From an uncultured Gemmatimonadales bacterium (GTDB taxonomy: Bacteria > Gemmatimonadota > Gemmatimonadetes > Gemmatimonadales > GWC2-71-9): a DNA stretch of 64,000 nt. The position numbers and the translations under genes were made by a program. Under the pieces are notes generated by a model. That model ran no database searches, was not told where the DNA came from, and was given only the letters and a program-made list of their open reading frames with translations. Of the stretch, positions 28,226-38,937 are shown one piece after another. The stretch's first letter is position 1, and each line of letters starts with the position of its first letter. Location: the NCBI GenBank assembly GCA_963695555.1, contig CAVOGR010000002.1, positions 486,779 to 550,778 on the forward strand, given 5' to 3'.

Positions 28226-29443
28226 CTATGGGTGCCACCCGACTGGCTCGAGGCCGAGGGCGGTGGCGTACCGCGCAAGGGCGCTCCACGCGGCTCCGCC
28301 CTCCTGGGTTGTGGCCGGGCGTGCGTTGCCGGTGCTCTCGAAGCGGCAGTATAAGACCTTGAGCACCTCCTGCGTGCGTTCCGCCTTGAGGTCGAAGCGG
28401 GCAATCAGCTTCTCACCGGCCAACACCGGAAGGCAGTAGTAGCCGTACTTGCGGTGCGGGGCCGGCTTGAAAATTTCGAGGACTTGATCGAAACCGAACA
28501 AACGCTTCACCCGCGGGCGATCCCATAGGATTGGGTCGAACGGTGATAACAGCACACCGAGCGCTTGCTGGGGCCGCACCCGTTCGAGTCTGGCGGCGAG
28601 TTCCCGGTCCTCGGGCCGGATCCAACCGGGCACGGGGCGTCGGCCAGGCTCCACGAGGGTGCAGGGTTGCACCATCTGCTGCTTCGTCAGGCGAGCGAGC
28701 GTCGCCGTGATTTCCTGCTGCCGATTCGGCAATCGCCAGGTCGATGTGATCGTGCCCGTCGTGGCCCAGCCGTGGCCCTCGAGCGCCCTGAGCACCAGCG
28801 TCGCCAATCCGTCCCGTTTGGTGAGCGGGTGCCGCCGGACGGCTTCCGGGATGACCCGCTCCGTGAGATCGTAGGTTCGTTGGAAATTCTTGCGCTCCCT
28901 GATGGACAGCTCTCCGCTGGACCAAAGCGCCGCGGCCACCCGCTTGGCGGCTTTGAGATCCCACCATCCCCGGCTTCCCCTACCCTCCATATCGATCGAC
29001 CGGAGTGGTCCCTCCTCTCGAATCCGCCGGCGCAGCCGTCGTGCTACGTCGGGGTGTTGCCCGACGACGTCACCCCACCAGGGATGGTGGCGGAATTCGC
29101 GGCGGCGAAATTCGAAGGCGGGATAGAGGTCGAGCGGAATCCAGCTGGCTTCGTGCCCCCAGTATTCGAACAACGGCTCGCCTGGTTGAAGCAGCTCTTC
29201 ACCGAGGGCAGGATCGAATCCACCGAGCCTGGAGAGGAGGACGATGGTGTGACTCCGGGCGCCGGCGATGGAAACCGTGTCGAGCTGCAGATAGCCGAAG
29301 CGCTGAATGATCGCGTTTGCGGCGCTTCGGGCCCGCCGTCCCCGTCCGGTCGCGCAACGGGGCAGGCTTGTCCATTCGGGCTTGAGCAAACCCGCCCGCG
29401 CCAGAGCCAGGCGGCGAGCCTCACGGACAGTGACTGTGCTCAC
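28226..29443 (-). CDS. YcaQ/AlkZ-family winged-helix crosslink-repair DNA glycosylase
   Basis: LQLDTV QxD motif, FEYWGHEAS, LLSPFDP..WDR, RKYGYYCLPVL. Confidence 0.88.
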   Translation of the reverse strand: MSTVTVREARRLALARAGLLKPEWTSLPRCATGRGRRARSAANAIIQRFGYLQLDTVSIAGARSHTIVLLSRLGGFDPALGEELLQPGEPLFEYWGHEASWIPLDLYPAFEFRRREFRHHPWWGDVVGQHPDVARRLRRRIREEGPLRSIDMEGRGSRGWWDLKAAKRVAAALWSSGELSIRERKNFQRTYDLTERVIPEAVRRHPLTKRDGLATLVLRALEGHGWATTGTITSTWRLPNRQQEITATLARLTKQQMVQPCTLVEPGRRPVPGWIRPEDRELAARLERVRPQQALGVLLSPFDPILWDRPRVKRLFGFDQVLEIFKPAPHRKYGYYCLPVLAGEKLIARFDLKAERTQEVLKVLYCRFESTGNARPATTQEGGAAWSALARYATALGLEPVGWHP

Positions 29444-29489
29444 TCTTCCGGACTATTCAACGACGGTCTGATCGGCTCACGTCTCTGGC

Positions 29490-29795
29490 CTATGCCTCCG
29501 CCGTGCCGGCAGTTGTGTTGGACGGAGCGCCACCAAAGCGGCGGGCGGAGCGTGCCTGAGCCTTGGCCCGTTCCACGTCGCGGTTTCGAGGCGTGCCCGT
29601 CGTGATCAGTGAGGCGAGCAGCCGGCCGGCTGCAACCGACACATCGTCCACGGCGCGAAGGAACGCCACCTCGTTGGCTTTCGACGGCTTGGTGAAGCCA
29701 CTCAGCTTCCGAACGAATTGAAGCGAGGCCGCCCGGATCTCCTCGTCCGATGCGGGCGGATCGAAGTTGGACAGCGTTCTGATGTTTCTGCACAT
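29490..29795 (-). CDS. DUF2277 protein
   Basis: MCRNIRTL.NFDPPA..EEIRAASLQFVRKLSG. Confidence 0.88.
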   Translation of the reverse strand: MCRNIRTLSNFDPPASDEEIRAASLQFVRKLSGFTKPSKANEVAFLRAVDDVSVAAGRLLASLITTGTPRNRDVERAKAQARSARRFGGAPSNTTAGTAEA

Positions 29796-29829
29796 AGGCG
29801 CTCGATGGGGACAGAGAGAAAGGTCAGGC

Positions 29830-30201
29830 CTAGAAGAATTGGTCGATCAAGATCGGATTGCCGTCCGGGTCCGTCAACGTCAGGCTCGCCGCCCCGGTTG
29901 TGCTCTCGTCTGCCTCGGTGGCTAGGGTCAGGCCTTGCTGCTTCAGGTGCCGCTGGATCTCACGCACGTCGGTGAACTCCTTCAGCCGGTCCATGCGATT
30001 GGTGAGTCCCGGATTGAAGGTGAGAATGTTGCGCTCGAACATCCCGTAGAAGATGCCGATGATGCTCTCCCCGTTCTTGAGGATCAGGTAGTTCTGCTCC
30101 GCCGAGCCTCCCGAGACCTCGAATCCGAGCTTCTCATAGAACGCGCGCGATTCTTGGAGATCCTTGACGTTCAGGCTGATGGAGAATGCGCCCAGATTCA
30201 T
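29830..30201 (-). CDS. VOC family protein
   Basis: [25 protein letters not shown]...[11 protein letters not shown]. Confidence 0.9.
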   Translation of the reverse strand: MNLGAFSISLNVKDLQESRAFYEKLGFEVSGGSAEQNYLILKNGESIIGIFYGMFERNILTFNPGLTNRMDRLKEFTDVREIQRHLKQQGLTLATEADESTTGAASLTLTDPDGNPILIDQFF

Positions 30202-30276
30202 GTTGCCTCCGTGGTGGCGGGAATCGTGGATTGTTCTGCGGAGAGGCGGCTAGGGTCGAAGCACGTGAACAGAGCG

Positions 30277-31134
30277 TCACGGTGCGACGCCGCCAGCAAT
30301 CCCCTTGTGCGAATGAAGCGGTCCATCCATCAACATGTGGCTCGCGAGTTCCTTCACCAACTTGGCGCAGACGGGTGCCGTCAGTCCCACCGCATCCTCG
30401 GCTGGGTTGAACTCGACGATATCCGCCCCAACGACGGGCGAAGGAAGAGATTGGAGCAACGTCAACACCTCCCGGACCGACAGTCCTCCCGGCTCGCGAT
30501 GAGATACGCCAGGCGCAAACGCGGGGTCCAGGGCGTCGATGTCGATGGAGACGTACAGCGGGCCTCGAAGCTGGGGCCTTCGGCCGTCCGACCAGGCAGA
30601 CATGTCGATGACCTCGACGCCGAATCGTTCAGCCTGTGCACGTTGCGGTTCGTTCATCGTTCGGATGCCTACTTGCACCAAGCGGTCCGCTAAGGACTCC
30701 TCCATGATGCGGGCAAAGGGGCACGCATGCGAGAACCGATCTCCCTCGTAGTCGTCATACAAGTCCGGATGTGCGTCAATGTGCAGAATCGTGAGAGCGG
30801 ACCAGACTGGCCGCACTGCGCGCAGCACCGGGTAGGTGACCGAGTGATCGCCGCCGAGGGCGATCGGGCGCCCACCCTGTTTGAGGACCCGGCGGATGCC
30901 GGCCTCGATCAGGGCACGGGCTCCGTCGGTCGATGGAAGCTCCAAGTCACCCGCATCGGCGAGCACGGCCGTTGACCCGGCGTCGATGCCCGACTCGCTC
31001 CAGGCATTGGATGCGGGGGAAGCGAGCGCCGCCCGGATGATCGGCGGTGCATTCGCAGCCCCCCTCCGGAAAGACGAACTCGCGTCGTAGGGCAGGCCGA
31101 TGAGCGTGGGGTGGGCGGGCGTGGGTGCCGTCAC
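30277..31134 (-). CDS. Agmatinase/arginase (ureohydrolase) family protein
   Basis: GGDHS, DAHPD, SHACPF, SIDIDALDP..APG. Confidence 0.9.
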   Translation of the reverse strand: MTAPTPAHPTLIGLPYDASSSFRRGAANAPPIIRAALASPASNAWSESGIDAGSTAVLADAGDLELPSTDGARALIEAGIRRVLKQGGRPIALGGDHSVTYPVLRAVRPVWSALTILHIDAHPDLYDDYEGDRFSHACPFARIMEESLADRLVQVGIRTMNEPQRAQAERFGVEVIDMSAWSDGRRPQLRGPLYVSIDIDALDPAFAPGVSHREPGGLSVREVLTLLQSLPSPVVGADIVEFNPAEDAVGLTAPVCAKLVKELASHMLMDGPLHSHKGIAGGVAP

Positions 31135-31535
31135 GGCGCTCGAGCACCGGCCGTCCAGCCGGCCTCGGCCTTTCGCATCAGAACCGCGAGTACCAGACCG
31201 ATCAGAATGAGCGCGGGGACGTCACCGAAGAGGTTCGGTCGTTCTACTGTGTCGCGAAGTGCTTGGATCAGCATAATCAGGCCGTGGACCAGACTGGACC
31301 AGGCCGCGAACCAGATGAGACTCTTGTGCTCGGCGGGGTTCCGCGACGCCAAGAGCAGGAAGATGCCCAGGACGGCATAGACTCCGATGATCATTTGCTC
31401 GTACTCGGCCTGTCGTGGTTCCCACATGAAGCCGGCAGGCCACAGCACGGTGAGCGGGTAGAGTCCCACTACAAAGATGGCACCCACGAGAATGAGGGCG
31501 ACGCGCAAGGGCTGGTCGTGCGAAGTGACGGGCAT
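31131..31535 (-). CDS. Membrane protein (DUF6632-like)
   Basis: YEQMIIGVYAVLGIFLL.A..NP..H.SLI.F..WSS..HG. Confidence 0.7.
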   Translation of the reverse strand: MPVTSHDQPLRVALILVGAIFVVGLYPLTVLWPAGFMWEPRQAEYEQMIIGVYAVLGIFLLLASRNPAEHKSLIWFAAWSSLVHGLIMLIQALRDTVERPNLFGDVPALILIGLVLAVLMRKAEAGWTAGARAP

Positions 31536-31599
31536 GTTCTCCTCCTCGGATCCGGTAGGGAGGGCCTGTCCGGCGCGGCTGCGTGTACCGGCGCCTAGC

Positions 31600-31629
31600 T
31601 TGACAGTCGGCCCGGATGGCGGTTAACTA
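31600..31629 (+). promoter_or_regulatory. Sigma70-type promoter for the micropeptide/heme oxygenase pair
   Basis: TTGACA at 31600-31605, 17-18 nt spacer, then TTAACTA. Confidence 0.5.
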
Positions 31630-31661
31630 CGGCCCTCAACCTGCAGAGAACGATCTCGATC

Positions 31662-31772
31662 ATGCGTCTTACCCCCTGGATTCGCAACCTCGGCTTCGCC
31701 GGCTTCGCGTTCTTCCTGGTGAAGGGCCTCATGTGGCTGGTCATTCCCGCAATCTTCCTGGTGATTCGATGA
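31662..31772 (+). CDS. 36-aa membrane micropeptide (absent from ORF track)
   Basis: MRLTPWIRNLGFAGFAFFLVKGLMWLVIPAIFLVIR*; ATGA overlap with the heme oxygenase start. Confidence 0.7.
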   Translation: MRLTPWIRNLGFAGFAFFLVKGLMWLVIPAIFLVIR

Positions 31773-32434
31773 ACGGCCCACCCACCGCTCCTGGAGTCAT
31801 GGCGACCCTCAAGACCGCCACGGCGGAGCATCACCATCGCGCCGAGAAGCACGAGTTTCAGCAAATGATGGTGCGCGGTGCGCTGTCCCGCGAAGCCTAC
31901 GCTGAGTGGCTGGGGCAGATGCTACTGGTTCACCGCGGGCTGGAAGAGCATCTGGCCAGGTTGGTTTCGAGCCACCCGGCCGTGGGTGCGGTCTTCGACG
32001 ATGACCGAAGAAAAGTCCCGTTCCTGCTCGACGATCTGGCGTTCTATCAGGCTCGCCCCGACACCGTGCCCGTGCCCGCGACCAGCAGGTTCTTGGCATA
32101 CCTGGACAGGTTGGCGGCGACCAGCCCGCTGGCTCTGCTGGGCGTGTTCTACGTGTTGGAAGGCAGCACCAACGGGGCGCGGTTCATCGCGCGCCGCCTC
32201 CGAACGGCGTATGACCTGCCGACTGATGGGGGGGGCGCAGCCTATGTCGATCCCTACGGCGATGACCAGCCGCGTCGATGGCAGGAATTCAAGGACGAGA
32301 TGGAACAGCTGGCGCTCACCGAGGCGGAGGTTCGCACCATTACGCAGGCGGCACAGGAGACGTTTGACGCCATCGGAGCGGTGGGCGGTGACCTGCTTGC
32401 GCACACCCACCGCGTGGTACCTCCTCCGAACTAG
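31769..32434 (+). CDS. Biliverdin-producing heme oxygenase
   Basis: LKTATAEHHHRAE proximal His helix; YVLEGSTNGARFI distal helix. Confidence 0.88.
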   Translation: MNGPPTAPGVMATLKTATAEHHHRAEKHEFQQMMVRGALSREAYAEWLGQMLLVHRGLEEHLARLVSSHPAVGAVFDDDRRKVPFLLDDLAFYQARPDTVPVPATSRFLAYLDRLAATSPLALLGVFYVLEGSTNGARFIARRLRTAYDLPTDGGGAAYVDPYGDDQPRRWQEFKDEMEQLALTEAEVRTITQAAQETFDAIGAVGGDLLAHTHRVVPPPN

Positions 32435-32555
32435 GCCGCTGGTCGAAACCTCACAATCGGTCCCAGTCCCACATCGCATAGCGCGCGTCTTCGTCGAGAG
32501 CGTGACCCAGCTGCTTGGGCTGTTTCGCGGTGACCCAAGCGGGCGGCGTCCGTGC

Positions 32556-32972
32556 CTAGGCGCTGGATCGCCCGACGTGCCGCACCGATCGTTCGACGAG
32601 CTCTTCGAGTACCCCGAGGTCGATATCATCCAGCCGCTTGATGTAGAGGCAGGACCGGCCGGTCGTGTGCTTGCCAAGTTTCTTCAACAGCGCCCCGTGC
32701 TCCTTGAAGCCGGACATGATATAGAGCGTCAGATTCTGCACCCGAGGCGAGAAACCGGCCGTGAACCAATCGCCGTCGCGCCCGCTGGCATACTTGTAGT
32801 GATAGGAGCCGTATCCGACGATGCTGGTGCCCCACATCTTGGGCGTTGCCTTGGTGACGCGCCTCATGATCTTCATGATGGTACGACAATCACGGCGCTT
32901 CCGTTCGTCCTTGATGCCGTCGATGAACCGCGTGACACTCAGCTTGGTGGGCTTCGTCTTGGGCTCCGCCAT
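32556..32972 (-). CDS. DUF1801 domain protein
   Basis: MWGTSIVGYGSYHYKYASGR.GDW..GFSPR...LGKH.TG.SCLYIKRL. Confidence 0.9.
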   Translation of the reverse strand: MAEPKTKPTKLSVTRFIDGIKDERKRRDCRTIMKIMRRVTKATPKMWGTSIVGYGSYHYKYASGRDGDWFTAGFSPRVQNLTLYIMSGFKEHGALLKKLGKHTTGRSCLYIKRLDDIDLGVLEELVERSVRHVGRSSA

Positions 32973-33034
32973 GCTTCTCCTCCTGGTTCTGGTGTCAACA
33001 CCAACCACACTGCGGCGCAATACCTGCAGGTTGG

Positions 33035-33939
33035 TCAGCGATCTCGGATGAAGGTGCCGGCACGAAGCTCAGCGTACGCCTGCTGGAGTTCTTCGTCGGT
33101 GTTCATCACGATCGGTCCGCGCCACGCGACCGGCTCGGCGAGAGGCTTGCCCGACACTAGCAGGAAGCGGATACCCGATGCTCCTGCCTGCACGGTTACC
33201 TCGTCTCCACGATCGAATAAGACCAGCGACCGGTTCCCGGTCTCGTCGAGCGACGGTGGTGAGTCCGACCCCACCGGTCCGTTCTGACGTGGCCGGGCTC
33301 GGAGGCGTCGCGGAAGGTGCCGCTGCCCTCGAACACGTAGGCGAAGGCGTGCCGGGATGTCTCGACCGGAAGCGTCTTCCGCCGGCCCGCCGGCACCCAC
33401 ACGTCGAGATACCGTGGGTCGGCTGCGATGCCGTCCACCGGCCCGGTCTTGCCCCAGAGGTCGCCACAGATCACCCGCACGCGTGTGCCGTCATCGTCGA
33501 TGACCTCGGGAATGTCGCGCGACACCACATCTTGGTAGCGCGGCGCCGTCATCTTGAGCGAGGACGGGAGATTGGCCCACAACTGGAAGCCGTGCATCCG
33601 TCCCTGGGCGTCGCCCTCAGGCATCTCTTGATGCAGAATGCCGCTCCCGGCGGTCATCCACTGGACGTCGCCCGCGCCCAGTGTGCCCTGGTTCCCCAGG
33701 CTGTCGCCGTGATCGACCGTACCGGCCAGCACGTAGGTGATGGTCTCGATACCGCGGTGCGGATGCCATGGGAATCCCGCGAGATAGTCCTCGGGATGCT
33801 CGTTTCGGAAGTCGTCGAGCAGAAGGAACGGATCGAACTCGCCGGTGGCACCGAATCCGAACGCACGACGCAGGTGGACTCCGGCGCCCTCGAGGGTGGG
33901 CTGGGCTTCGATGACTTTCTTAACAGGTCGTATGGACAT
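33035..33939 (-). pseudogene. Pirin family protein, one frameshift near 33275 (possibly a sequencing indel)
   Basis: FDPFLLLD, GFPWHPHRGIETITY, WMTAGSGILHQE in one frame; EPVAWRGPIVMNT in another. Confidence 0.88.
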
Positions 33940-34054
33940 GGGTAGCCCTCGGTAATCTATGGATCTCAATTCGTTGGCGCAGATGACTGTCTGCGTGCTG
34001 TCACGTGAACGCAACACGGCGCCCTGGGGTTCCCCGATGATGTTTCACGCAGGC

Positions 34055-34760
34055 CTACGTTGGCGAGGCTCGAGGCACGTCGTTGCCATGCTGCTGGGCT
34101 GCGACCAACCCGACCGGCGCGCAGTCGCCGCAGGCGTGGCGGCCGCGCAGACCCTCGATGCCCTCCCAGGCAATGAACGGCGTCATGGCGATCCCGGCAA
34201 CCGGGTCCGCCCACCACCACGCGAAGGCCGCATTGAGGACGAGCCCGCCCAGGAGAATCGCCGACAGGTACATGCAGATCTCGGTCTGACGGGCTTCCGC
34301 GCCAAGCGCTCCGCTCGAGAGCCGTGCTGCGACCCGACGTTTGGCGCGGGCCAGGAGGGGCATGACAAGGAGCGAGGCGCTGGCGATGCCGATGCCGATG
34401 GGGCTCGCGTCCGGCTCGGCCCGTGTGACGAGCGACCGGGTGGCCTCGACCGCCACGTAGCCGGCCAACGCGAGGAACGAAAGCCCGATCAGTCGCTGGG
34501 CTAGGCGCTCCGCCCGCTCGCGCCGGCCGGGATCGCGATCGACGTGGAGCCGCCAGACGGCGGTGAGGCTCGCGCTCACCTCGATGAAGCTGTCGACCCC
34601 GAAGCCGATCAACGAGACGCTGCCGGCCAGGAGCCCGCTCCCGATCGAGAGCAGGCCTTCCAGGCAGTTGTAGACGATGGTGGCCCAGGTGAGCCAGCGT
34701 CCGCGTGACGGCGTTGGCTCTGGCCGGGTCGAGCGCGGGCTGGGTCTCGATGTGAGTCAT
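34055..34760 (-). pseudogene. Short cation-efflux (CDF-like) transporter, frameshift near 34705 (possibly a sequencing indel)
   Basis: TIVYNCLEG..SI..G..AGSVSLIGFGVDSFIE...WWWADP; C-terminal HACGDC. Confidence 0.8.
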
Positions 34761-34799
34761 TCTACCTCAGCCCTCCTTGGCGCCAGGTCGGGCGACCCG

Positions 34800-34886
34800 G
34801 TGATCCACGAACACCGCCTGAGATGGCGCAAGTCAGGTGGAGGCCGTTGTGCCACCCCTGACTCGCGGCTGAATATCCCTGCTCAC
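34800..34886 (-). ncRNA. Candidate NiCo/czcD-like riboswitch
   Basis: GTGAGCAGGG..TCAGCCG...GTGGATCAC with an 11-bp internal stem, in the 5' leader of a cation transporter. Confidence 0.45.
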
Positions 34887-34898
34887 GTCAGGTACCGA

Positions 34899-35411
34899 TC
34901 AATCGCTCGGCTCACCCGGCGGCGGGAAGAGCCCGAGCTGGGCCAGCATGGCCAGGTTGTCCCACTCGACCCAGAGCTCCGCGATCCGTCCGCCTTCGAT
35001 GCGAAAGATGCTGATAAATGTGCTCTCCGCCGACTTGCCAGTGGGTGGAAATGCGCCCATCGGGCCGGTCAGAGTACCGGCATAGGTTGCGTAGGCCGCC
35101 ACCTTGTCGTCCTCGGCCACGAGCATGCCGATCGTGATGTGCTGGTCGGGCATGCTCGCAAAGAACGACTCCTGGAGTTGACGGAATTCGGCACGCGAGT
35201 TCACCTGCACGTCGGGGGTGGCCTGACTGTGCCGGCGGAAGTCCTCCGTTACCAGTAAGTCCAGCGCGTCCCAGTCTGCCGCGTTGATCGCCGCGGCAAA
35301 CTGGCGCACCAGGTCCTTGTTGGCCTCGAGCCGTGCCGTCTCCGATGGGGCACAGGACGCCGCGGCGAGTGCCACCAGCACGGCAGCCGTTACTCGGCTG
35401 GTCTGACGCAT
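34899..35411 (-). CDS. SnoaL-like ester cyclase lipoprotein
   Basis: Lipobox AAASC; NKDLVRQF, AEDDKV, PPTGK, FRIEGGRIAE.W.EWD. Confidence 0.85.
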   Translation of the reverse strand: MRQTSRVTAAVLVALAAASCAPSETARLEANKDLVRQFAAAINAADWDALDLLVTEDFRRHSQATPDVQVNSRAEFRQLQESFFASMPDQHITIGMLVAEDDKVAAYATYAGTLTGPMGAFPPTGKSAESTFISIFRIEGGRIAELWVEWDNLAMLAQLGLFPPPGEPSD

Positions 35412-35498
35412 GATTGCCTCCCCCGTGTTTCGTTGAGGACGTGTCTGAGGGGGAAAACTGAATCTATGGCCGCCGGTAGCCTCTAGCCACCACGAAAG

Positions 35499-35523
35499 AC
35501 CCGGCCCAGGTGGTGGGCCGGGT
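35499..35523 (-). terminator. Intrinsic terminator
   Basis: ACCCGGCCCA-5nt-TGGGCCGGGT followed by CTTT on the minus strand. Confidence 0.6.
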
Positions 35524-35571
35524 ATCGAGGTGGGTGAGGTGGCGAGCGGAGGGCGCCGCCAGCGTGCGAGC

Positions 35572-36183
35572 CTACTCTCCGAAGCAGGGGATCGCGGCCA
35601 CGTCCTTCTTCCGATAGACAATGGTCAGCGCGGCGCCGCAGCCGTCGTGGGCACAATTCCACGACTCGTGCAGCGCGGAGGCGGTCTTGCCAGGGGCCTT
35701 GAGCACATAGACCAGGTTGCCGTAGCTGGCCCCCTCGGTATCTCGGCTGCACTTGAGCGGAGTGAGCGCGATGCCGGCCGCGGTCAGGGTTTGTTCTGTT
35801 AGCACCAGGTTCCTGGGAAGCTCGGGTGCGTCGAAGCTCACGGTGACCCGCTGGATCCCCACCTCATTGCCGGCCACTTCGACAGTGGCCTCAATGTCGG
35901 ATCCGTCTTCCAGGCTGGCCCGAGTGGTGCCGGTCCGAGACACGGTGCTGCCATCCTGGGTTGCGTAGGGGATCTTGACGGGGGTGGCACTTTGCCATTC
36001 AATGGCAAGTTCATCGCCGGTCGTCCAGGGTAGGCCCCGGGTCCGGACCCCGGAATCGGCCAGGAAGGTGGTGAGCAAGGTGCTCAACGCAACGGGTGCT
36101 TGGGCAGGCATTGCCCGCGGGGCGGCCAGACCGACGGCCAGCGACGAGGCAAACGCGAACCATGTGGATCGGGACAGATGCAC
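35572..36183 (-). CDS. Secreted hypothetical protein
   Basis: Signal peptide, four Cys, downstream of the kinase; GTG start inferred. Confidence 0.6.
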   Translation of the reverse strand: MHLSRSTWFAFASSLAVGLAAPRAMPAQAPVALSTLLTTFLADSGVRTRGLPWTTGDELAIEWQSATPVKIPYATQDGSTVSRTGTTRASLEDGSDIEATVEVAGNEVGIQRVTVSFDAPELPRNLVLTEQTLTAAGIALTPLKCSRDTEGASYGNLVYVLKAPGKTASALHESWNCAHDGCGAALTIVYRKKDVAAIPCFGE

Positions 36184-36282
36184 GGGCGGCTCCTTCTCGG
36201 GTTCTCGAAGCAGTACGCAATCCATGGCCTGAGGCTGTCAGCGCTCGAGCCTCAACGCCTGAGTGGAACAAGGGAGGGTGCG

Positions 36283-38934
36283 TTAGGGAGTCTTTCCTAC
36301 CGTATCCGCCAGCTCTCTTCGGAACCGCTCGGCCCGCTCGGGTTGTCCGAGGGCATCGTAGGCCTCCACCAGGTCACGCCGGGCGGTTTGAAGCCAGCTT
36401 ACCGTGGGGTCGGTTTGCGGTACCAGGATTTCGTACCCAGCCAGACTCTGACCTGCAGCTCGTTGGTGTTGACGCTGCCGCAAGAGGGCCCGTCCCAGCT
36501 TGATTCTCGCGATGCCCGTGTTCAGATGTTCGGGAGACTGGGTATCGGAGAAGATCTGGACGGCTTCCTCGAATAGCCGCTCGGCGTCGCGGTATCGTTT
36601 CCGGGTGAGCTCGACACTCGCGAGGTTGGACACCGCAATGCCGATCAGGTAGTGGGTGTCGGGTGGCGGATACACGGCGCGATAGATTCGAATCATCCGA
36701 CGGTAGGCCGCTTCCGCGTCGTCCAACCGATCCTGCATCAGGGCCACGCTGCCCAACTCGTTGACCGTCGATGCGACCAGGGGGTGGTTCTCGCCGTAGA
36801 CCCGTTCCTGGATGGCAGCCGCCTGCCGGATCACCAGATCCGCTTCGTCGAGCCGTCGCTGGAAGATGAGCGAGCGTCCCAGCATGGTCAGGTTCTGTGC
36901 CGTTTTGGGGTGCTCCTCGCCATAGAATCCCCGGTTCACTTCGAGTGCATCGCGGTAGAACTGCTCCGCTTCTGGGTACTTGCCCCGCTCGTGCTGCACC
37001 GCACCGACGTTGATCAAGTCGTTGGCCACCACGGGATGGCGGTTGCCGTAGAGCCGCCGATCCGAGTCGAGCACGTGGCGGAATATCGAATCCGCAATCG
37101 CGAAATGGCCGGCATAGAAATGACTGTTGCCGAGTTCGGTCAGGCTGGTCGTGAGGTCCGGGGTGGGGAGACCGTCCTGGCGCTGTTGGAGTCGCACGGC
37201 GTCTTGGAGCACCGCGATGGCTTGGTCATAGTCCCCACGTTCCTCCAGCACCGTCCCCAGTGCCGTGGTCGCTTTCGCAATCGCAGGGTGCCCATCCGGC
37301 AACGTGCGCTCGAGCTTATCCAAGCCTACGCGGATCAGGCGTTCGGCTTCTGAGTAGTCGGCCTGATCGAGCCGCAGCTCGCCCAGCGCCACCTCGGCCC
37401 TCGCCACGTCAGCATGCTCGGAACCATACAGCGTGCGGCGCTGCGTGAGGACACTCTGCAACAGGGAGTCCGCCCGGTCCAGTTGGCCGAGCTTTTGATA
37501 CAGACCACCCAGGGTAAAGAGGAACTCCGCCTGGAGATCGGGCTCGCTGCCGAGGGTGCGCGCCTCTTCGACGCCGCGTCCGAGGAGGCTCACCACCCGC
37601 AGACTATCGGCCGGGCCGACCTGTTCGTCGCCGCCTTGGAAGAGATTGAGCACGAAGCCCTGAATGCGTTGGGTTCTCGCCGCCTCGGCCAAGGCGACGG
37701 TCCGTGCGCTGGCGAGCCGGAGCGTGTAAAAACCCACCAGACCGAACACGGTCGCGACCGCAACACCCCCAGCCGCCACTGCGTTTCTGTTGCGACGGAA
37801 GAACTTCCCGGCCCGATACCGGATGGTGTCGGGTCGTGCTTCCAGCGGCTCCCGCGCCAGATAGTGATCGATGTCGCGGATGAGCGCGTCCACTGTCCGA
37901 TAGCGACGCCGGGGGTCTTTGTGCATGGCCACGAGACACAACACGTCGAGGTCGGCCCAGGATGCCCGGCTGGCAGCGAACGCCCCCCCCGCCCGTTGCA
38001 CCACCGCCGAGGGTTTGGTTGGCTCGTGCTCGGCAATGATACGCTCGGCTTCCCACGAGGCCTGGTTGGTCAAATCGAACGGCAACTGGCCGGTCAGAAG
38101 CTCGTAGAGGAGCACACCCAACGAGTAGATATCGGTGTGGATGCCCACACGCTCGCCACGCAGCTGCTCGGGAGCGGCATAGGCCGGTGTCATGAGACGG
38201 AGCCCAGTCTTGGTTTGATCCACCGGCACGTCGAGGCTTTCCAGCTGCTTGGCAATCCCGAAATCCAGCAACTTCACCGTGCCGTCGTCCTTGACCAGGA
38301 TGTTCGATGGTTTGAGGTCGCGATGCACCACCAGGTGGCGGTGGGCGTGCTGCACGGCTTCGCATACCGCGCGGAGCAAGAGCAGGCGGCCCTCGAGCGA
38401 CGTGCCCCGGCGCTTGCAGTACTCGGTGAGCGGCAGCCCCTCGATGTACTCCATGGCGAACCATGGGGTGCCGTTTGGAAGCGTATCGGCGTCATAGCAG
38501 ATGGGCGATGGCGGGGTGGTTGAGCTGGGCAAGGGTGCGTTGCTCGGCGGCAAATCGCTCTCGTCGGGCAGGGGAGAGAGCGGCGTCCCGGAGAACCTTG
38601 ATGGCTACGCGGCTCTGGAGGTCCGCGCCGTTCCGCGAGATAGACGAGCCCCATCCCGCCTTCTCCTACGACGCCGGTCGTCCGGTAGGGACCAAACTGG
38701 AGGCCGATCGCCGCGGCACGGGCATCGTCAATCAGGTGCTCGGCCGATCCCGCCACGCCACGATCGAGCAGGGAGCCGGTCCGAGCGTCCTCCTCGAGCA
38801 GCGCCATGACCTCGCTGAGGAGGTCGGGGTCCCCGCTACACTCGGACTCGAGGAAAGGCCAGCCGCTCGGCGTTCGGTAACGCCGCCGCGGCATGAAATA
38901 GCCCTTGCACTCGCTCCCAACGAACCGGATCCAT
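36283..38934 (-). pseudogene. Membrane Ser/Thr protein kinase with TPR repeats; several frameshifts in the 5' part
   Basis: MDPVRWERVQGLF; GEGGMG.VY; HRDLKPSN, DFG, APE; TM segment; repeated YG..HP..A TPRs. Confidence 0.88.
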
Positions 38935-38937
38935 GGC

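Noticed and set aside
28226..29443. Self-resistance glycosylase of a genotoxin biosynthetic cluster
   Set aside because: QxD YcaQ-type motif and no PKS/NRPS genes nearby
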